64,000 nucleotides of DNA from Alphaproteobacteria bacterium (lineage in GTDB: Bacteria > Pseudomonadota > Alphaproteobacteria > Micropepsales > Micropepsaceae): assembly GCA_034440175.1 (NCBI GenBank), contig JAWXBO010000003.1:2285-66284 (forward strand). Reading direction: 5' to 3'. This document shows positions 1 through 9,410 of the stretch, piece by piece; position 1 is the first letter of the stretch; the number at the start of each line of letters is the position of its first letter. The notes beneath the pieces are model-generated. The model did no database searches. It was not told the DNA's origin and was given only the letters and a program-made list of their open reading frames with translations. The position numbers and the translations under genes were made by a program.

Positions 1-503
1 TGGAGACGGAGCGGCTGAGGCTTCGCGGGCACCGGCTCGATGACTTCGAGGCTTGCGCGGCGCTGTGGGCGGATCCCGTTGTCACGCGGTTCATTGGGGG
101 CAAGGCTTCGACGCGCGATGAGTCGTGGATGCGGCTGCTGCGCAATGTGGGACATTGGTCGCTGCTTGGGTTTGGCTATTGGCTGGTGGAGGAAAAGGCG
201 TCGGATCGCTTTGTGGGTGAGATCGGATTCTCGGAATTGAAACGCGAGATCGAGCCTGGGTTCGAAGGTGTGCCCGAGGCGGGTTGGGTTTTGCTGCCAA
301 CGGCTCACGGCCGGGGCATTGCGACGGAGGCGGTGAAAGCCGTCCTGGCTTGGGGTGATAAGAAATTCACCGGCGGGCCAACGGTGTGCATCATCAATCC
401 TGAGAATTCAGCGTCGATCGGTGTGGCTGCGAAGTGCGGCTATCGCGAGGTCGCGCGCACGACGTATAAAGGTGCGCCGATTATTCAGTACCGGCGGAAT
501 TGA
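1..503 (+). CDS. GNAT family N-acetyltransferase (RimJ/RimL-like), 5' end cut by window edge
   Basis: Frame 3 is open from nt 3 (ETERLRLRGHRLDDFEACAALWADPVVTRFIGG...) into listed ORF 129..503. Acetyl-CoA-site-like HGRGIATEA. Stop TGA 501-503. Confidence 0.75.
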   Translation, partial: ETERLRLRGHRLDDFEACAALWADPVVTRFIGGKASTRDESWMRLLRNVGHWSLLGFGYWLVEEKASDRFVGEIGFSELKREIEPGFEGVPEAGWVLLPTAHGRGIATEAVKAVLAWGDKKFTGGPTVCIINPENSASIGVAAKCGYREVARTTYKGAPIIQYRRN

Positions 504-728
504 AGAAAGTTAAAACGAGCTTGTCATCCCGCACGCGGTGCAGCACCCTTGTGCTGCTCCGCAGTTGCGGGACCCACCGGGGTTGATACTTAAAAATGCT
601 TGAATTGAGTTACTTTCGAAAGAGTCGAGCCTCGCGTGAGTCCCATGTCTGCGAAGCGGCATAAGGATGCCGCATCGCGCACGGGATGACGAATTTATTT
701 CTGTAGTGGAGTTTTGTGGACTTGCTGA

Positions 729-3700
729 ATGACACTTGATCATGCGCGGGCCGAGATGGCGCGGCTTTACCTGTGCGACGAGACCGAGGTCGTGAGCGCG
801 CTTGTACCGCGCGCGCGCTTGAATGCGGCTGAACGGGCGGGCACGGAGACGTTGGCGCGGGATTTGGTGGCGCGGGTGCGGGCGCAGCGCAAGCGGGGCG
901 GGCTCGATGCTTTCTTGCACCAGTACGCGCTGTCTACCGAGGAAGGCGTCGTGTTGATGTGTCTCGCGGAGGCTTTGTTGCGGGTGCCGGATGCAGAGAC
1001 GGCCGACAGACTGATCAAGGACAAGATCGGTTCGGCGCATTGGGACAAACATCTGGGGCAGTCGTCGTCGGCGTTTGTGAACGCATCGACTTGGGCGCTG
1101 ATGCTGACGGGCCATGTCGTCAGGCTGGGTGAAAAGTCGCAGGACTGGACGGCGATTTTCGGTAAGCTCGTTCATCGCAGTGGCGAGCCGATTATCCGTC
1201 AGGCGATGACAACAGCGATGCGCATCATGGGTGGGCAGTTCGTGCTGGGGCGCACGCTTGAGGAAGCGTTGAAGCGGGGACAGGAGGCGGCCCGGCGCGG
1301 CAATCGCTTTTCGTTCGACATGCTGGGCGAAGCGGCGATGACGCATGAAGATGCGGAGCGCTATGCGCGTTCGTATGCCGATGCAATTGCGTCGATTGCC
1401 AGGCATGAAGACAAGCGCCAAGGCGATATATTCACGCGCAATTCGATCTCGGTGAAATTGTCGGCCATTCATCCGCGGCTAGAGTACCTCAAGCTTGATC
1501 GTGTGAAGCGGGAAATTTTGCCACGCGCTTTGGCGTTGTGTATGGCGGCGCGCGAGGCGGGGATCGGTTTTACCATCGATGCCGAGGAGGCTGACCGGCT
1601 CGAGGTTCAGCTGGAAATATTCGCGGCGCTGGCGGGTGCTCCCGAACTGGCGGGTTGGGACGGTTTGGGTCTTGCGGTGCAAGCTTACCAGAAACGCGCG
1701 CCGGCGGTAATCGATTGGCTGGCGCAGGTTGCGCGGCAAAGCAAGCGGCGCCTTCCGGTGCGGCTGGTTAAGGGCGCCTATTGGGATAGTGAAATCAAAC
1801 GGGCGCAGGAACTGGGCATCGAGGGCTATCCGGTATTTACGCGCAAGGCCTCAACCGATGTCTCGTATATCGCCTGCGCGCGGGCGCTGCTTGAAGACCG
1901 CGCTGCGTTCTTTCCGATGTTTGCGACGCATAACGCGCACACGCTGGCGGCAGTAAAAACGCTTGCGGGTGCGCGCGACGATTATGAGTTCCAACGTCTG
2001 CACGGCATGGGTGAGGAACTCTACGATCAAGCAGATGTTCCTTGCCGTATCTACGCTCCGGTCGGCGCTCATGAGGATTTGCTTGCCTATCTCGTACGCC
2101 GCTTGCTTGAGAACGGCGCCAACACCTCTTTTGTCAACCGGCTTGCCGATGACGAGGCGCCTATCGCCGATATCATTGCCGACCCCGTCGATCAGGTTGA
2201 GCTCATGTCACAAAAGTCGCATCCGCGTATTCCGTTGCCGATGAATCTGTTTGAAGACCGGCAAAACTCAAAGGGGTTTTTGTTGAGCGATCCCGCGCAA
2301 TCGGCGCTGTTGATGAAAGCTATTGACGAGGCCGTATCGCGGCCTTGGGAGGCGGGGCCGCTCGTGGGTGGCGCTTTCCAATCGGGCAAGGCCCGCGATG
2401 TGTTCGATCCGAGCTTGCGTTCGCGCCAGATTGGCCGCGTTGTCGAGGCGACACCTGAGGTGGCGGCTAACGCCGTGGCAATGGCACAAGCCGCGCAATT
2501 CGATTGGGATGCGCTGGGCGGAGGAAAGCGCGCCGATATCTTGCTCAAGGCGGCCGATCTGTTTGAGCGCGATGCGGCGGTGCTCATCGGCCTGTGCGTG
2601 CGTGAAGCGGGCAAGACGGTTGCCAATGGCCTTGCAGACGTGCGCGAGGCGATCGATTTTTTGCGCTACTATGCGGAACTGGCGCGGGCCGACTTTGATC
2701 AGCCAAAGGTTCTTCCCGGACCCACGGGCGAGCGCAATGAATTGTCGATGCATGGGCGCGGGGTGTTTGCTGCGATCAGTCCTTGGAATTTTCCAGTGGC
2801 GATCTTCACCGGGCAAATCGCGGGGGCGCTGGCCGCAGGAAATTGTGTCGTTGCCAAACCTGCCGAGCGAACGGCGATCACCGCCTATGCCGCAACGCGG
2901 TTGCTGCACGAGGCGGGCGTGCCGGGTGACGTGCTTCATCTTCTGCCGGGTGAAGGGCGCGTCATCGGCAGCGCGATGATCCGTAACCCCGGCGTCGCGG
3001 GCGTCGTCTTCACCGGCGGCACGGACACGGGGCACACCATCAATCGCATGCTGGCCGGGCGTGACGGGCCGATCGTGACGTTCATCGCCGAGACGGGCGG
3101 GTTGAATGCGATGATCGCCGACTCAACAGCGCTGCCCGAGCAGTTGGTGCGCGATGCGGTGATGTCGGCGTTCGATAGCGCGGGGCAGCGCTGTTCGGCG
3201 CTGCGCGTGTTGTTTCTGCAGAACGACATCGCCGACAAGGTTCTCAAATTGTTGGCGGGGACGATGGCGGAACTCAAGATAGGCGATCCGATGAAGCTCG
3301 ACACCGATATCGGGCCGGTGATCGACAGCGCGGCGATGGCGATGCTTGAGGCGCACGCCAAGCGAATGGCGGGCGAAGGCAAGCTCATCGCCGAAGCATC
3401 GCTAAGCACGGAGACAAAGGACGGCTATTTCTTCGCTCCGCGCGCTTACGAGATCGACGCGATCTCGCGGCTGGAGCGCGAAGTGTTTGGTCCGATCTTG
3501 CATGTCGTGCGTTATGAGGCCAGCGCGCTCGGCAAAGTCTGCGCGGCGATTAACGCGACGGGGTATGGTCTGACCTTGGGCGTGCACACGCGCATTCAGG
3601 AGACGGCCGATTTCATCCGGGCGCAGGCGCGGGTTGGAAATTTGTATGTCAACCGCAACCAGATCGGCGCGGTGGTGGGCGTGCAGCCGTTCGGCGGCGA

Positions 3701-3836
3701 AGGATTATCGGGGACAGGGCCAAAGGCGGGTGGTCCGCATTATCTGCACCGGTTTGCGGTGGAGCGCACCGCCTGCACCAACACAACGGCGGCGGGCGGG
3801 AATGCGAGTTTGCTGTCACTGGGAGAGGCGGGATGA
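729..3836 (+). CDS. putA: Bifunctional proline dehydrogenase / L-glutamate-gamma-semialdehyde dehydrogenase PutA (no N-terminal RHH domain)
   Basis: 1035-aa ORF. The N-terminal half is proline-dehydrogenase-barrel-like (FSFDMLGEAA, VKGAYWD). The C-terminal half is aldehyde dehydrogenase (FTGGTDTG, ETGGLNAM, GQRCSALR). Confidence 0.95.
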   Translation: MTLDHARAEMARLYLCDETEVVSALVPRARLNAAERAGTETLARDLVARVRAQRKRGGLDAFLHQYALSTEEGVVLMCLAEALLRVPDAETADRLIKDKIGSAHWDKHLGQSSSAFVNASTWALMLTGHVVRLGEKSQDWTAIFGKLVHRSGEPIIRQAMTTAMRIMGGQFVLGRTLEEALKRGQEAARRGNRFSFDMLGEAAMTHEDAERYARSYADAIASIARHEDKRQGDIFTRNSISVKLSAIHPRLEYLKLDRVKREILPRALALCMAAREAGIGFTIDAEEADRLEVQLEIFAALAGAPELAGWDGLGLAVQAYQKRAPAVIDWLAQVARQSKRRLPVRLVKGAYWDSEIKRAQELGIEGYPVFTRKASTDVSYIACARALLEDRAAFFPMFATHNAHTLAAVKTLAGARDDYEFQRLHGMGEELYDQADVPCRIYAPVGAHEDLLAYLVRRLLENGANTSFVNRLADDEAPIADIIADPVDQVELMSQKSHPRIPLPMNLFEDRQNSKGFLLSDPAQSALLMKAIDEAVSRPWEAGPLVGGAFQSGKARDVFDPSLRSRQIGRVVEATPEVAANAVAMAQAAQFDWDALGGGKRADILLKAADLFERDAAVLIGLCVREAGKTVANGLADVREAIDFLRYYAELARADFDQPKVLPGPTGERNELSMHGRGVFAAISPWNFPVAIFTGQIAGALAAGNCVVAKPAERTAITAYAATRLLHEAGVPGDVLHLLPGEGRVIGSAMIRNPGVAGVVFTGGTDTGHTINRMLAGRDGPIVTFIAETGGLNAMIADSTALPEQLVRDAVMSAFDSAGQRCSALRVLFLQNDIADKVLKLLAGTMAELKIGDPMKLDTDIGPVIDSAAMAMLEAHAKRMAGEGKLIAEASLSTETKDGYFFAPRAYEIDAISRLEREVFGPILHVVRYEASALGKVCAAINATGYGLTLGVHTRIQETADFIRAQARVGNLYVNRNQIGAVVGVQPFGGEGLSGTGPKAGGPHYLHRFAVERTACTNTTAAGGNASLLSLGEAG

Positions 3837-3843
3837 GGCTGAA

Positions 3844-4251
3844 CTAAGCGGAGAAGATTTTGCCGGCAACAAAGAAGGTGCAGGCGACGGCTGCGGCGGA
3901 TGCGAAAGTGCCCCAGGCCATGTCGATCAGGGCGAGTTTGAGGCTGAAACCGTTAAGCACGGAGAGATTGGTCAAGTCGTAGGTCGCGTAGGCGATAAGG
4001 CCGAATGCGGCGCCCAGCGCAATGGCTTGAATGGCGGAGTCCGCCTTGAGTCCCGGCAGGACGGCGAATAACGTCAGGCCTGCGGCATACAGAAGGTAAA
4101 ATGCGGCGGCCGCGACAAGGTTGGGGTCCTTGCGCATCAGGTCACCCATTTCCGCGACGTACGTGCTCTTGGCGATCCACCCCAGCCAAAAGAAATCGAT
4201 CGCCAGAAATGCGATCAACGTCACGCCATAGCTTACCAGTACCTTGGTCAT
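3844..4251 (-). CDS. DUF2177-like small integral membrane protein
   Basis: Start taken at internal ATG 4249-4251 (MTKVLVSYGVTLIAFLAIDFFWLGW...), which overlaps the chrR stop as ATGA. About four hydrophobic helices. The upstream part of listed ORF 3844..4335 overlaps chrR. Confidence 0.7.
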   Translation of the reverse strand: MTKVLVSYGVTLIAFLAIDFFWLGWIAKSTYVAEMGDLMRKDPNLVAAAAFYLLYAAGLTLFAVLPGLKADSAIQAIALGAAFGLIAYATYDLTNLSVLNGFSLKLALIDMAWGTFASAAAVACTFFVAGKIFSA

Positions 4252-4904
4252 CAAATGCCAATGAACGGTTGCATGAGGCGGGCGGCCCAGTGTTTGAAGC
4301 GTGTCGGCGCCTCGGTCGCTACGAGGCAGATGCACGGCGCATCGCGTTCGACGATAGGCTGATGTTCGATATCGACGTCGAGATCGGCCACGTCGCCTTG
4401 AGCGAACCGCCCGAGGCGATCATTGTAAGCACCGGACAAGATCAGCGTGATTTCTTCTCCGCCATGGCCGTGTTCGGGCATTGCCGTCCCTGCCGCGACG
4501 CGGACGAGAAACAGCTTGCTGCGGGATGAAGCGGGGACCGGAAGGTCGACCATTGCCCAACCGGGCGCCCTGGTTTTCCATTTGAGATCCGCGAGCTTTT
4601 GGCCGGCCAATACATGCGCGAGCGGCAAAGGGACCTCGCCGCGTGAAGCCGGGCTTCTGGGAAAGCGATGCAGCGTTGCCCGGTCGAGACGATCAAGGGT
4701 CCGGGTACGGCAGTTGTCCGACACCGATGTTCCATCAAGTCCTTCAAGCAGCGCGCCACCCACCTGTTCTGCATCGCGCATGGTGCTGCGGCAGACGGGG
4801 CACCAGTCGATGTGGGCTGCCGCAACGACGCTTAACACCGGATCGAGGGTTCCCGCCGCAAACGCCAGGATGGTTGCTGGGTCCAAATGTTGGTGGATAT
4901 TCAA
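4251..4904 (-). CDS. chrR: ChrR-family anti-sigma-E factor (zinc anti-sigma domain + C-terminal cupin)
   Basis: N-terminal HxxxCxxC motif (AAHIDWCPVCR) and a C-terminal cupin-like segment (PEHGHGGEEITLILSG). 4-nt overlap with the upstream ECF sigma gene. Confidence 0.9.
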   Translation of the reverse strand: MNIHQHLDPATILAFAAGTLDPVLSVVAAAHIDWCPVCRSTMRDAEQVGGALLEGLDGTSVSDNCRTRTLDRLDRATLHRFPRSPASRGEVPLPLAHVLAGQKLADLKWKTRAPGWAMVDLPVPASSRSKLFLVRVAAGTAMPEHGHGGEEITLILSGAYNDRLGRFAQGDVADLDVDIEHQPIVERDAPCICLVATEAPTRFKHWAARLMQPFIGI

Positions 4905-5503
4905 TTGAGGTTCTCCAAAGTCTTACGCAAACGTCCATAGGCCAGCCGCATGCGCGACTTAACGGTGCCGAGCGGCAAGTTAAGCCGCAATGCTATTTCG
5001 CTTTGTGGCAAGTCATCGACGAATGAGAGCATCAGCGCCTCTTTTTGCTCGGCTGGAATTTCTGCCAGTGCCTGGGCCACTAGACCGGCCTCCTGCTTGC
5101 GCGTCAGAAGTTCATCGCTTCCCGGTTCCCCAGATGGAGCATCGTAATCACCCAAGTCCGACAGCGGCATGAGCGATACGCGTCTGCCGCGGTCAAACCA
5201 CAGATTGCGGGCGATAGTGTAGACCCAGGCCGATACCGAACCCTTGGCCGGATCATAGAGGCCGGCTTTGGTCCACACGAGGATCAACGTTTCCTGCAGC
5301 ATATCTTCGGCCAGATCGGGCGCGGCTCCTTTGCGCATCATGAAGCTTTTGAGGCGAGGCGCAAAATTATCGAACAACTCACTGAAGGCTTCCCGGTCGA
5401 GATTTTGCGCAACGCTTTGCAACAAACGCCGGGCGGCCCGATCTTCCAACTGCCGGGCGGTCAGTTTATCTGTTGTCGACATGCCCGAGGCCATTGCGTG
5501 CAC
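4901..5503 (-). CDS. rpoE: ECF RNA polymerase sigma factor (RpoE, ChrR-partnered group)
   Basis: Sigma-70 region 2 (LILVWTKAGLYDP..SAWVYTIARN) and region 4 (LPQSEIALRLNLPLGTVKSRMRLA). GTG start at 5503 with AAAGGA 7 nt upstream. Confidence 0.9.
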   Translation of the reverse strand: MHAMASGMSTTDKLTARQLEDRAARRLLQSVAQNLDREAFSELFDNFAPRLKSFMMRKGAAPDLAEDMLQETLILVWTKAGLYDPAKGSVSAWVYTIARNLWFDRGRRVSLMPLSDLGDYDAPSGEPGSDELLTRKQEAGLVAQALAEIPAEQKEALMLSFVDDLPQSEIALRLNLPLGTVKSRMRLAYGRLRKTLENLN

Positions 5504-5530
5504 AGATGAATCCTTTCATCGAATACTACT

Positions 5531-5558
5531 CCTACGCTTTGCGCCCGGCACCGGATCA
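5531..5558 (-). promoter_or_regulatory. Candidate sigma-E-type promoter of rpoE-chrR (TGATCC-N16-CGTAGG)
   Basis: Minus strand reads TGATCC (5558-5553), 16 nt, then CGTAGG (5536-5531), about 28 nt upstream of the rpoE start. Confidence 0.6.
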
Positions 5559-5587
5559 CCGGTTTGCAAGTTAATCATACTGGCGAT

Positions 5588-5614
5588 TGATCCAACTGCC
5601 TTCCCGGTACGTTA
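5588..5614 (+). promoter_or_regulatory. Candidate sigma-E-type promoter of the oxidoreductase/DUF1365/cfa operon (TGATCC-N16-CGTTA)
   Basis: TGATCC 5588-5593, 16 nt, CGTTA 5610-5614, 30 nt upstream of the TTG start at 5645. Same architecture as the divergent rpoE promoter. Confidence 0.6.
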
Positions 5615-5644
5615 TACAGCCCGGACACTGAAAGGCATGAATCG

Positions 5645-6985
5645 TTGGATCCCCTCAAAATTGCCGTCGTCGGCTCCGGAATCTCAGGCCTTTCTGCTGC
5701 CTGGCTGCTGTCGCAACGCCACACAGTGACGCTGATTGAGTCGGATGATCGCCTTGGGGGCCATTCGCACACTGTTGATTGCCTTATGGACGGCGTCCCG
5801 GTCGCGATCGATACCGGCTTTATCGTTTATAACCAAGGCACCTACCCTAATCTTACGGCTTTGTTCGAGCATCTGAAGTTGCCGACCACGGGCACGTCCA
5901 TGGGGTTTGGCGTGTCGCTCGACGGTGGGCGATACGAATATTCCGGCAACGGCGCATTGCAGATGCTGGGTCATCTGAGCAATCTGTCTGATCTCGGCCA
6001 TTGGCGGATGTTGCGTGATGTTGCCCGATTTTTCCGCACGGCGCGGATCCAGGCGCTTGGCGTTGGTGGTGATGTCTCGCTTGGACAATTCATGGCGGAG
6101 CAGGGATATTCCAGCGACTTTGTCCGGCGTCATCTGTTGCCAATGGCCGGGGCTATTTGGTCTTGCGAACCACAGCGGATGCTCGCCTACCCGGCCCGCT
6201 CGTTCCTGAAGTTTTTCGACAATCACGGCTTGCTGAAGTTCGTCAACCGGCCGCAATGGCGAACGGTCACGGGCGGGTCGCGCGAGTATGTGCACAGGTT
6301 GATGGCCGGCAAACGCATACGCACGCTGACCGGCTGCCAGGTTACGTCGATCAAGCGCCGTAACGCCCAAATCCACCTACACGCCAAAAACGATTTTCAC
6401 GAGACGTTCGATCATGTGGTGCTTGGCGCCCATGCCGATCAGGCGCTGGCAATGCTCGGCGATCCGACGCCGGAGGAGCAGCGCTGCCTGTCTGCCTTTC
6501 CGTATGTACGCAACCGCGTGGTGCTGCACCGGGACGCGTCGTTCATGCCACGCCGCCGCCGGCTTTGGTCGAGCTGGAATTATCAGTCGAGCGGGGAGGA
6601 AAGTACCGGCGCCGTCACCTATTGGATGAATGCACTTCAACCCTTGCCGGCCAGCACCAACTTCTTTGTGACTGTCAATCCACCCAGAGAGCCGCTTGCC
6701 GGAACAGTCGAGCGCGAGTTCGTCTATGAACACCCGGTCTTTACTGTTGAGACGGCGCAGGAGCAGCAACGATTGTGGGCGCTGCAGGGCAAGCGAGGTA
6801 CGTGGTTTTGCGGTGCTTACTTCGGCGCGGGCTTTCATGAGGATGGACTTCAGGCCGGTCTGGCAGTCGCGGAACAACTCGGGGACTTGAAACGGCCATG
6901 GAGCGTTTCCAATCCGTCGGGGCGCATTCACGTTCATCAGCGGACTCTCGCATCACCTCCGTTGCAATTCGAGGCCGCGGAGTGA
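5645..6985 (+). CDS. NAD(P)/FAD-dependent oxidoreductase (amine-oxidase-like)
   Basis: Dinucleotide-binding N-terminus IAVVGSGISGLSAAWLL...ESDDRLGGHSHT. TTG start with GAAAGG upstream. First gene of a three-gene overlapping operon. Confidence 0.85.
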   Translation: MDPLKIAVVGSGISGLSAAWLLSQRHTVTLIESDDRLGGHSHTVDCLMDGVPVAIDTGFIVYNQGTYPNLTALFEHLKLPTTGTSMGFGVSLDGGRYEYSGNGALQMLGHLSNLSDLGHWRMLRDVARFFRTARIQALGVGGDVSLGQFMAEQGYSSDFVRRHLLPMAGAIWSCEPQRMLAYPARSFLKFFDNHGLLKFVNRPQWRTVTGGSREYVHRLMAGKRIRTLTGCQVTSIKRRNAQIHLHAKNDFHETFDHVVLGAHADQALAMLGDPTPEEQRCLSAFPYVRNRVVLHRDASFMPRRRRLWSSWNYQSSGEESTGAVTYWMNALQPLPASTNFFVTVNPPREPLAGTVEREFVYEHPVFTVETAQEQQRLWALQGKRGTWFCGAYFGAGFHEDGLQAGLAVAEQLGDLKRPWSVSNPSGRIHVHQRTLASPPLQFEAAE

Positions 6986-7761
6986 GCGCACCGGGTTCAT
7001 GTCTGTATCATGGCGACGTCGTCCACCGGCGGCGGGTGCCCGTGCGACACAAATTGCGTTACCGTGTTTACAATCTGTATGCCGACATCGACGAGCTGGA
7101 GCATCTCGGCCGCAGGCTGCGCCTGTTCAGTTATAACCGGTTCAATCTCTTCAGCATCGACGACCGGGATCACGGACCGGGCACCGGGACTTCGATCCGC
7201 GACCATGTTTGGCGGCTGGTCAAGGCTGCGGAGAACGGCACCGAGGTCGCGCGCGTTTTCATGCTTTGCTATCCGCGCGTTCTGGGTTTCGTGTTCAATC
7301 CGATCACAGTCTATTATGGGTTCGATGGCGGCGGCGGGCTCCGGCTTACGATCTACGAGGTCAACAACACTTTCGGCGAACGGCATTCTTACGTCATTCC
7401 CGCCGGCGGCAACTTGCATCAATCCTGTTCCAAGGCGTTGTATGTTTCGCCGTTCAACTCGGTTGAGGGACACTATGATTTCGCCCTTGGGGTGCCTGGC
7501 GATAAGTTGACTCTTGGCATAACGCTGACGACGCCTGATGGTCCGCGGATGACGGCCTGGTTCTCGGGATCGCGTATGGCGCTCACCGATCGAAAACTCT
7601 TGCGTTCCTTCCTCGGTCTGCCGCTGCTGCCGTTGAAGATTATCGGCGCCATTCATTGGGAGGCTTTCAAGCTATGGCTCAAGGGCTTGCGGTTGGAGAA
7701 ACGCCCCACCCCGCCGAGGACACAAGTGTCATTCTCCACGACAGCAAAAGGCCGCAAATGA
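6982..7761 (+). CDS. DUF1365 family protein
   Basis: GTG 6982 overlaps the upstream stop (GTGA). N-terminus (LYHGDVVHRRRVPVRHKLRYRVYNLYADIDEL) is typical of DUF1365 proteins encoded next to CFA synthases. Confidence 0.8.
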   Translation: MSAPGSCLYHGDVVHRRRVPVRHKLRYRVYNLYADIDELEHLGRRLRLFSYNRFNLFSIDDRDHGPGTGTSIRDHVWRLVKAAENGTEVARVFMLCYPRVLGFVFNPITVYYGFDGGGGLRLTIYEVNNTFGERHSYVIPAGGNLHQSCSKALYVSPFNSVEGHYDFALGVPGDKLTLGITLTTPDGPRMTAWFSGSRMALTDRKLLRSFLGLPLLPLKIIGAIHWEAFKLWLKGLRLEKRPTPPRTQVSFSTTAKGRK

Positions 7762-8948
7762 CAAGTGACTCCCTGGAGACGCGCAGGCCTGTGCTTGAGC
7801 GATTGCTGGCCGCTATCGGCCTGCGCGCTTGGGGTGTGGTTGCAGGCCATCTTGTCCTGACATTGCCATCGGGACGCAAAATCGAATTCGGGCACGCATC
7901 GCAAGGGCCGGCCGCCGAGCTTCGTCTAACGTCATACAGGGCCATTTGGGCATCGATCCGCCGTGGGTCCCTGGGCCTTTGCGAGGCTTACGTCGATGGC
8001 CATTGGCAAAGCCCTGACCCCGCACTGGTGTTTTCTTTCTGCCTGGCGAACGGAAAAATTCTGGACCGCGCGACCAGTTTCGCCAGCCTCAGACGCTTGA
8101 TCGACCGGATTTGGCACTTGCGGCGCAACAACAGCCGCCGCGGTTCGAAGCGCAATATCGAAGCGCACTACGACCTCGGCAACACTTTCTACAGTTTGTG
8201 GCTCGACGGCACGATGACGTATTCATCCGCCCGGTACAGGGATGGTGCCCAGAGTCTTGAAGCGGCACAGGCAGCGAAATACCAGTTGGTGCTTGAAGAG
8301 CTTGGACTGCAGCCGGGGCATACGCTGCTTGAAACAGGGTGCGGCTGGGGCGGGTTGGCGGAGGCAGCGGCCGGCGCCGGTGCTGCGGTGACGGGCATCA
8401 CGCTCTCGGAGGAACAGCTTGCGTATGCCAAGCTGCGTCTCAATGGCAGAGCCGATCTTCGATTGCAGGACTATCGCGACGTCGGCGGCATCTTCGACCG
8501 GATCGCATCCATTGAAATGGTCGAGGCCGTGGGTGAGGCCTATTGGCCGGAGTACTTCCGCATGCTGCGAGACCGGCTCAAACCGGGTGGCGTTGCCGTG
8601 ATCCAGGCTATCACGATCAATCCGCGCCTGTTTCCCGCTTACCGGCGCGGCGTGGATTTTATTCAGCGCCACATTTTTCCGGGTGGATTGTTGCCCACGA
8701 CGGAAATTCTCAAGAGCCAGGCGGAGGCGGTGGGGCTTGTGTATCAGCCGGTGCTGAGCTTCGGTTTGGACTATGCGCGCACACTTGTTGTGTGGCGCGA
8801 GCGGTTCGACAGTGCCTGGCCCCAGATCGTGGCACTTGGGTTTGACGAGCGCTTCCGCCGCAAGTGGCAGCTTTATCTTGCCTACTGCGAGGCCGGATTT
8901 CGCGCCCGCACTATCGACGTGGGGCTTTACCGTTTTGTGAAGCCGTAG
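7758..8948 (+). CDS. cfa: Cyclopropane-fatty-acyl-phospholipid synthase family SAM-dependent methyltransferase
   Basis: ATG 7758 overlaps the DUF1365 stop (ATGA). SAM motif LLETGCGWGGLA. C-terminal YLAYCEAGF is typical of CFA synthases. Confidence 0.9.
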   Translation: MTSDSLETRRPVLERLLAAIGLRAWGVVAGHLVLTLPSGRKIEFGHASQGPAAELRLTSYRAIWASIRRGSLGLCEAYVDGHWQSPDPALVFSFCLANGKILDRATSFASLRRLIDRIWHLRRNNSRRGSKRNIEAHYDLGNTFYSLWLDGTMTYSSARYRDGAQSLEAAQAAKYQLVLEELGLQPGHTLLETGCGWGGLAEAAAGAGAAVTGITLSEEQLAYAKLRLNGRADLRLQDYRDVGGIFDRIASIEMVEAVGEAYWPEYFRMLRDRLKPGGVAVIQAITINPRLFPAYRRGVDFIQRHIFPGGLLPTTEILKSQAEAVGLVYQPVLSFGLDYARTLVVWRERFDSAWPQIVALGFDERFRRKWQLYLAYCEAGFRARTIDVGLYRFVKP

Positions 8949-8971
8949 CGATCAGTTGTGGTTGTTGGAGA

Positions 8972-9409
8972 CTATTCCGGCAGCGTGGTGAAGGGATCGT
9001 GCAAGGCAACGCCCAGCGGTTGGAAGTGCTTCACGTTGCGCGTGAGCAAGGTGAGGCGGTGATGGGTTGCGGTTGCAGCTATGATGATATCCGCGAAGCC
9101 GGGTGGGCGGCCGAGTGCGCGGGCCTTGTCTGAAATGTTTCCGGCGATGCGCGCGACACTTGCGTCAAAAGCAAGCACGCGGTCGCCATAGAGGTGGAGT
9201 AGCGTCTCGAGCCAAGCGTCCAGGGCGGTTGCTTTGCGGGTTTCGCCCACACGGCGCGCCTTGGCTATTCCGTTCTGGATTTCCGCAATACTGACCGCCG
9301 ACAGAAATAGTGCGTCGGAGTTCGCGTCCATCCATGCAACGAGGTTTCGCTGCAGTGGCGCTTTCGAAGGCGCCGCCATCGAAATTACATTCGTATCGAC
9401 GAGATACAC
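8972..9409 (-). CDS. vapC: Type II toxin VapC (PIN domain)
   Basis: MYLVDTNVIS... N-terminal PIN acidic motif, 145 aa, located directly downstream of a Phd/YefM-type antitoxin gene. Confidence 0.85.
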   Translation of the reverse strand: MYLVDTNVISMAAPSKAPLQRNLVAWMDANSDALFLSAVSIAEIQNGIAKARRVGETRKATALDAWLETLLHLYGDRVLAFDASVARIAGNISDKARALGRPPGFADIIIAATATHHRLTLLTRNVKHFQPLGVALHDPFTTLPE

Positions 9410-9410
9410 T

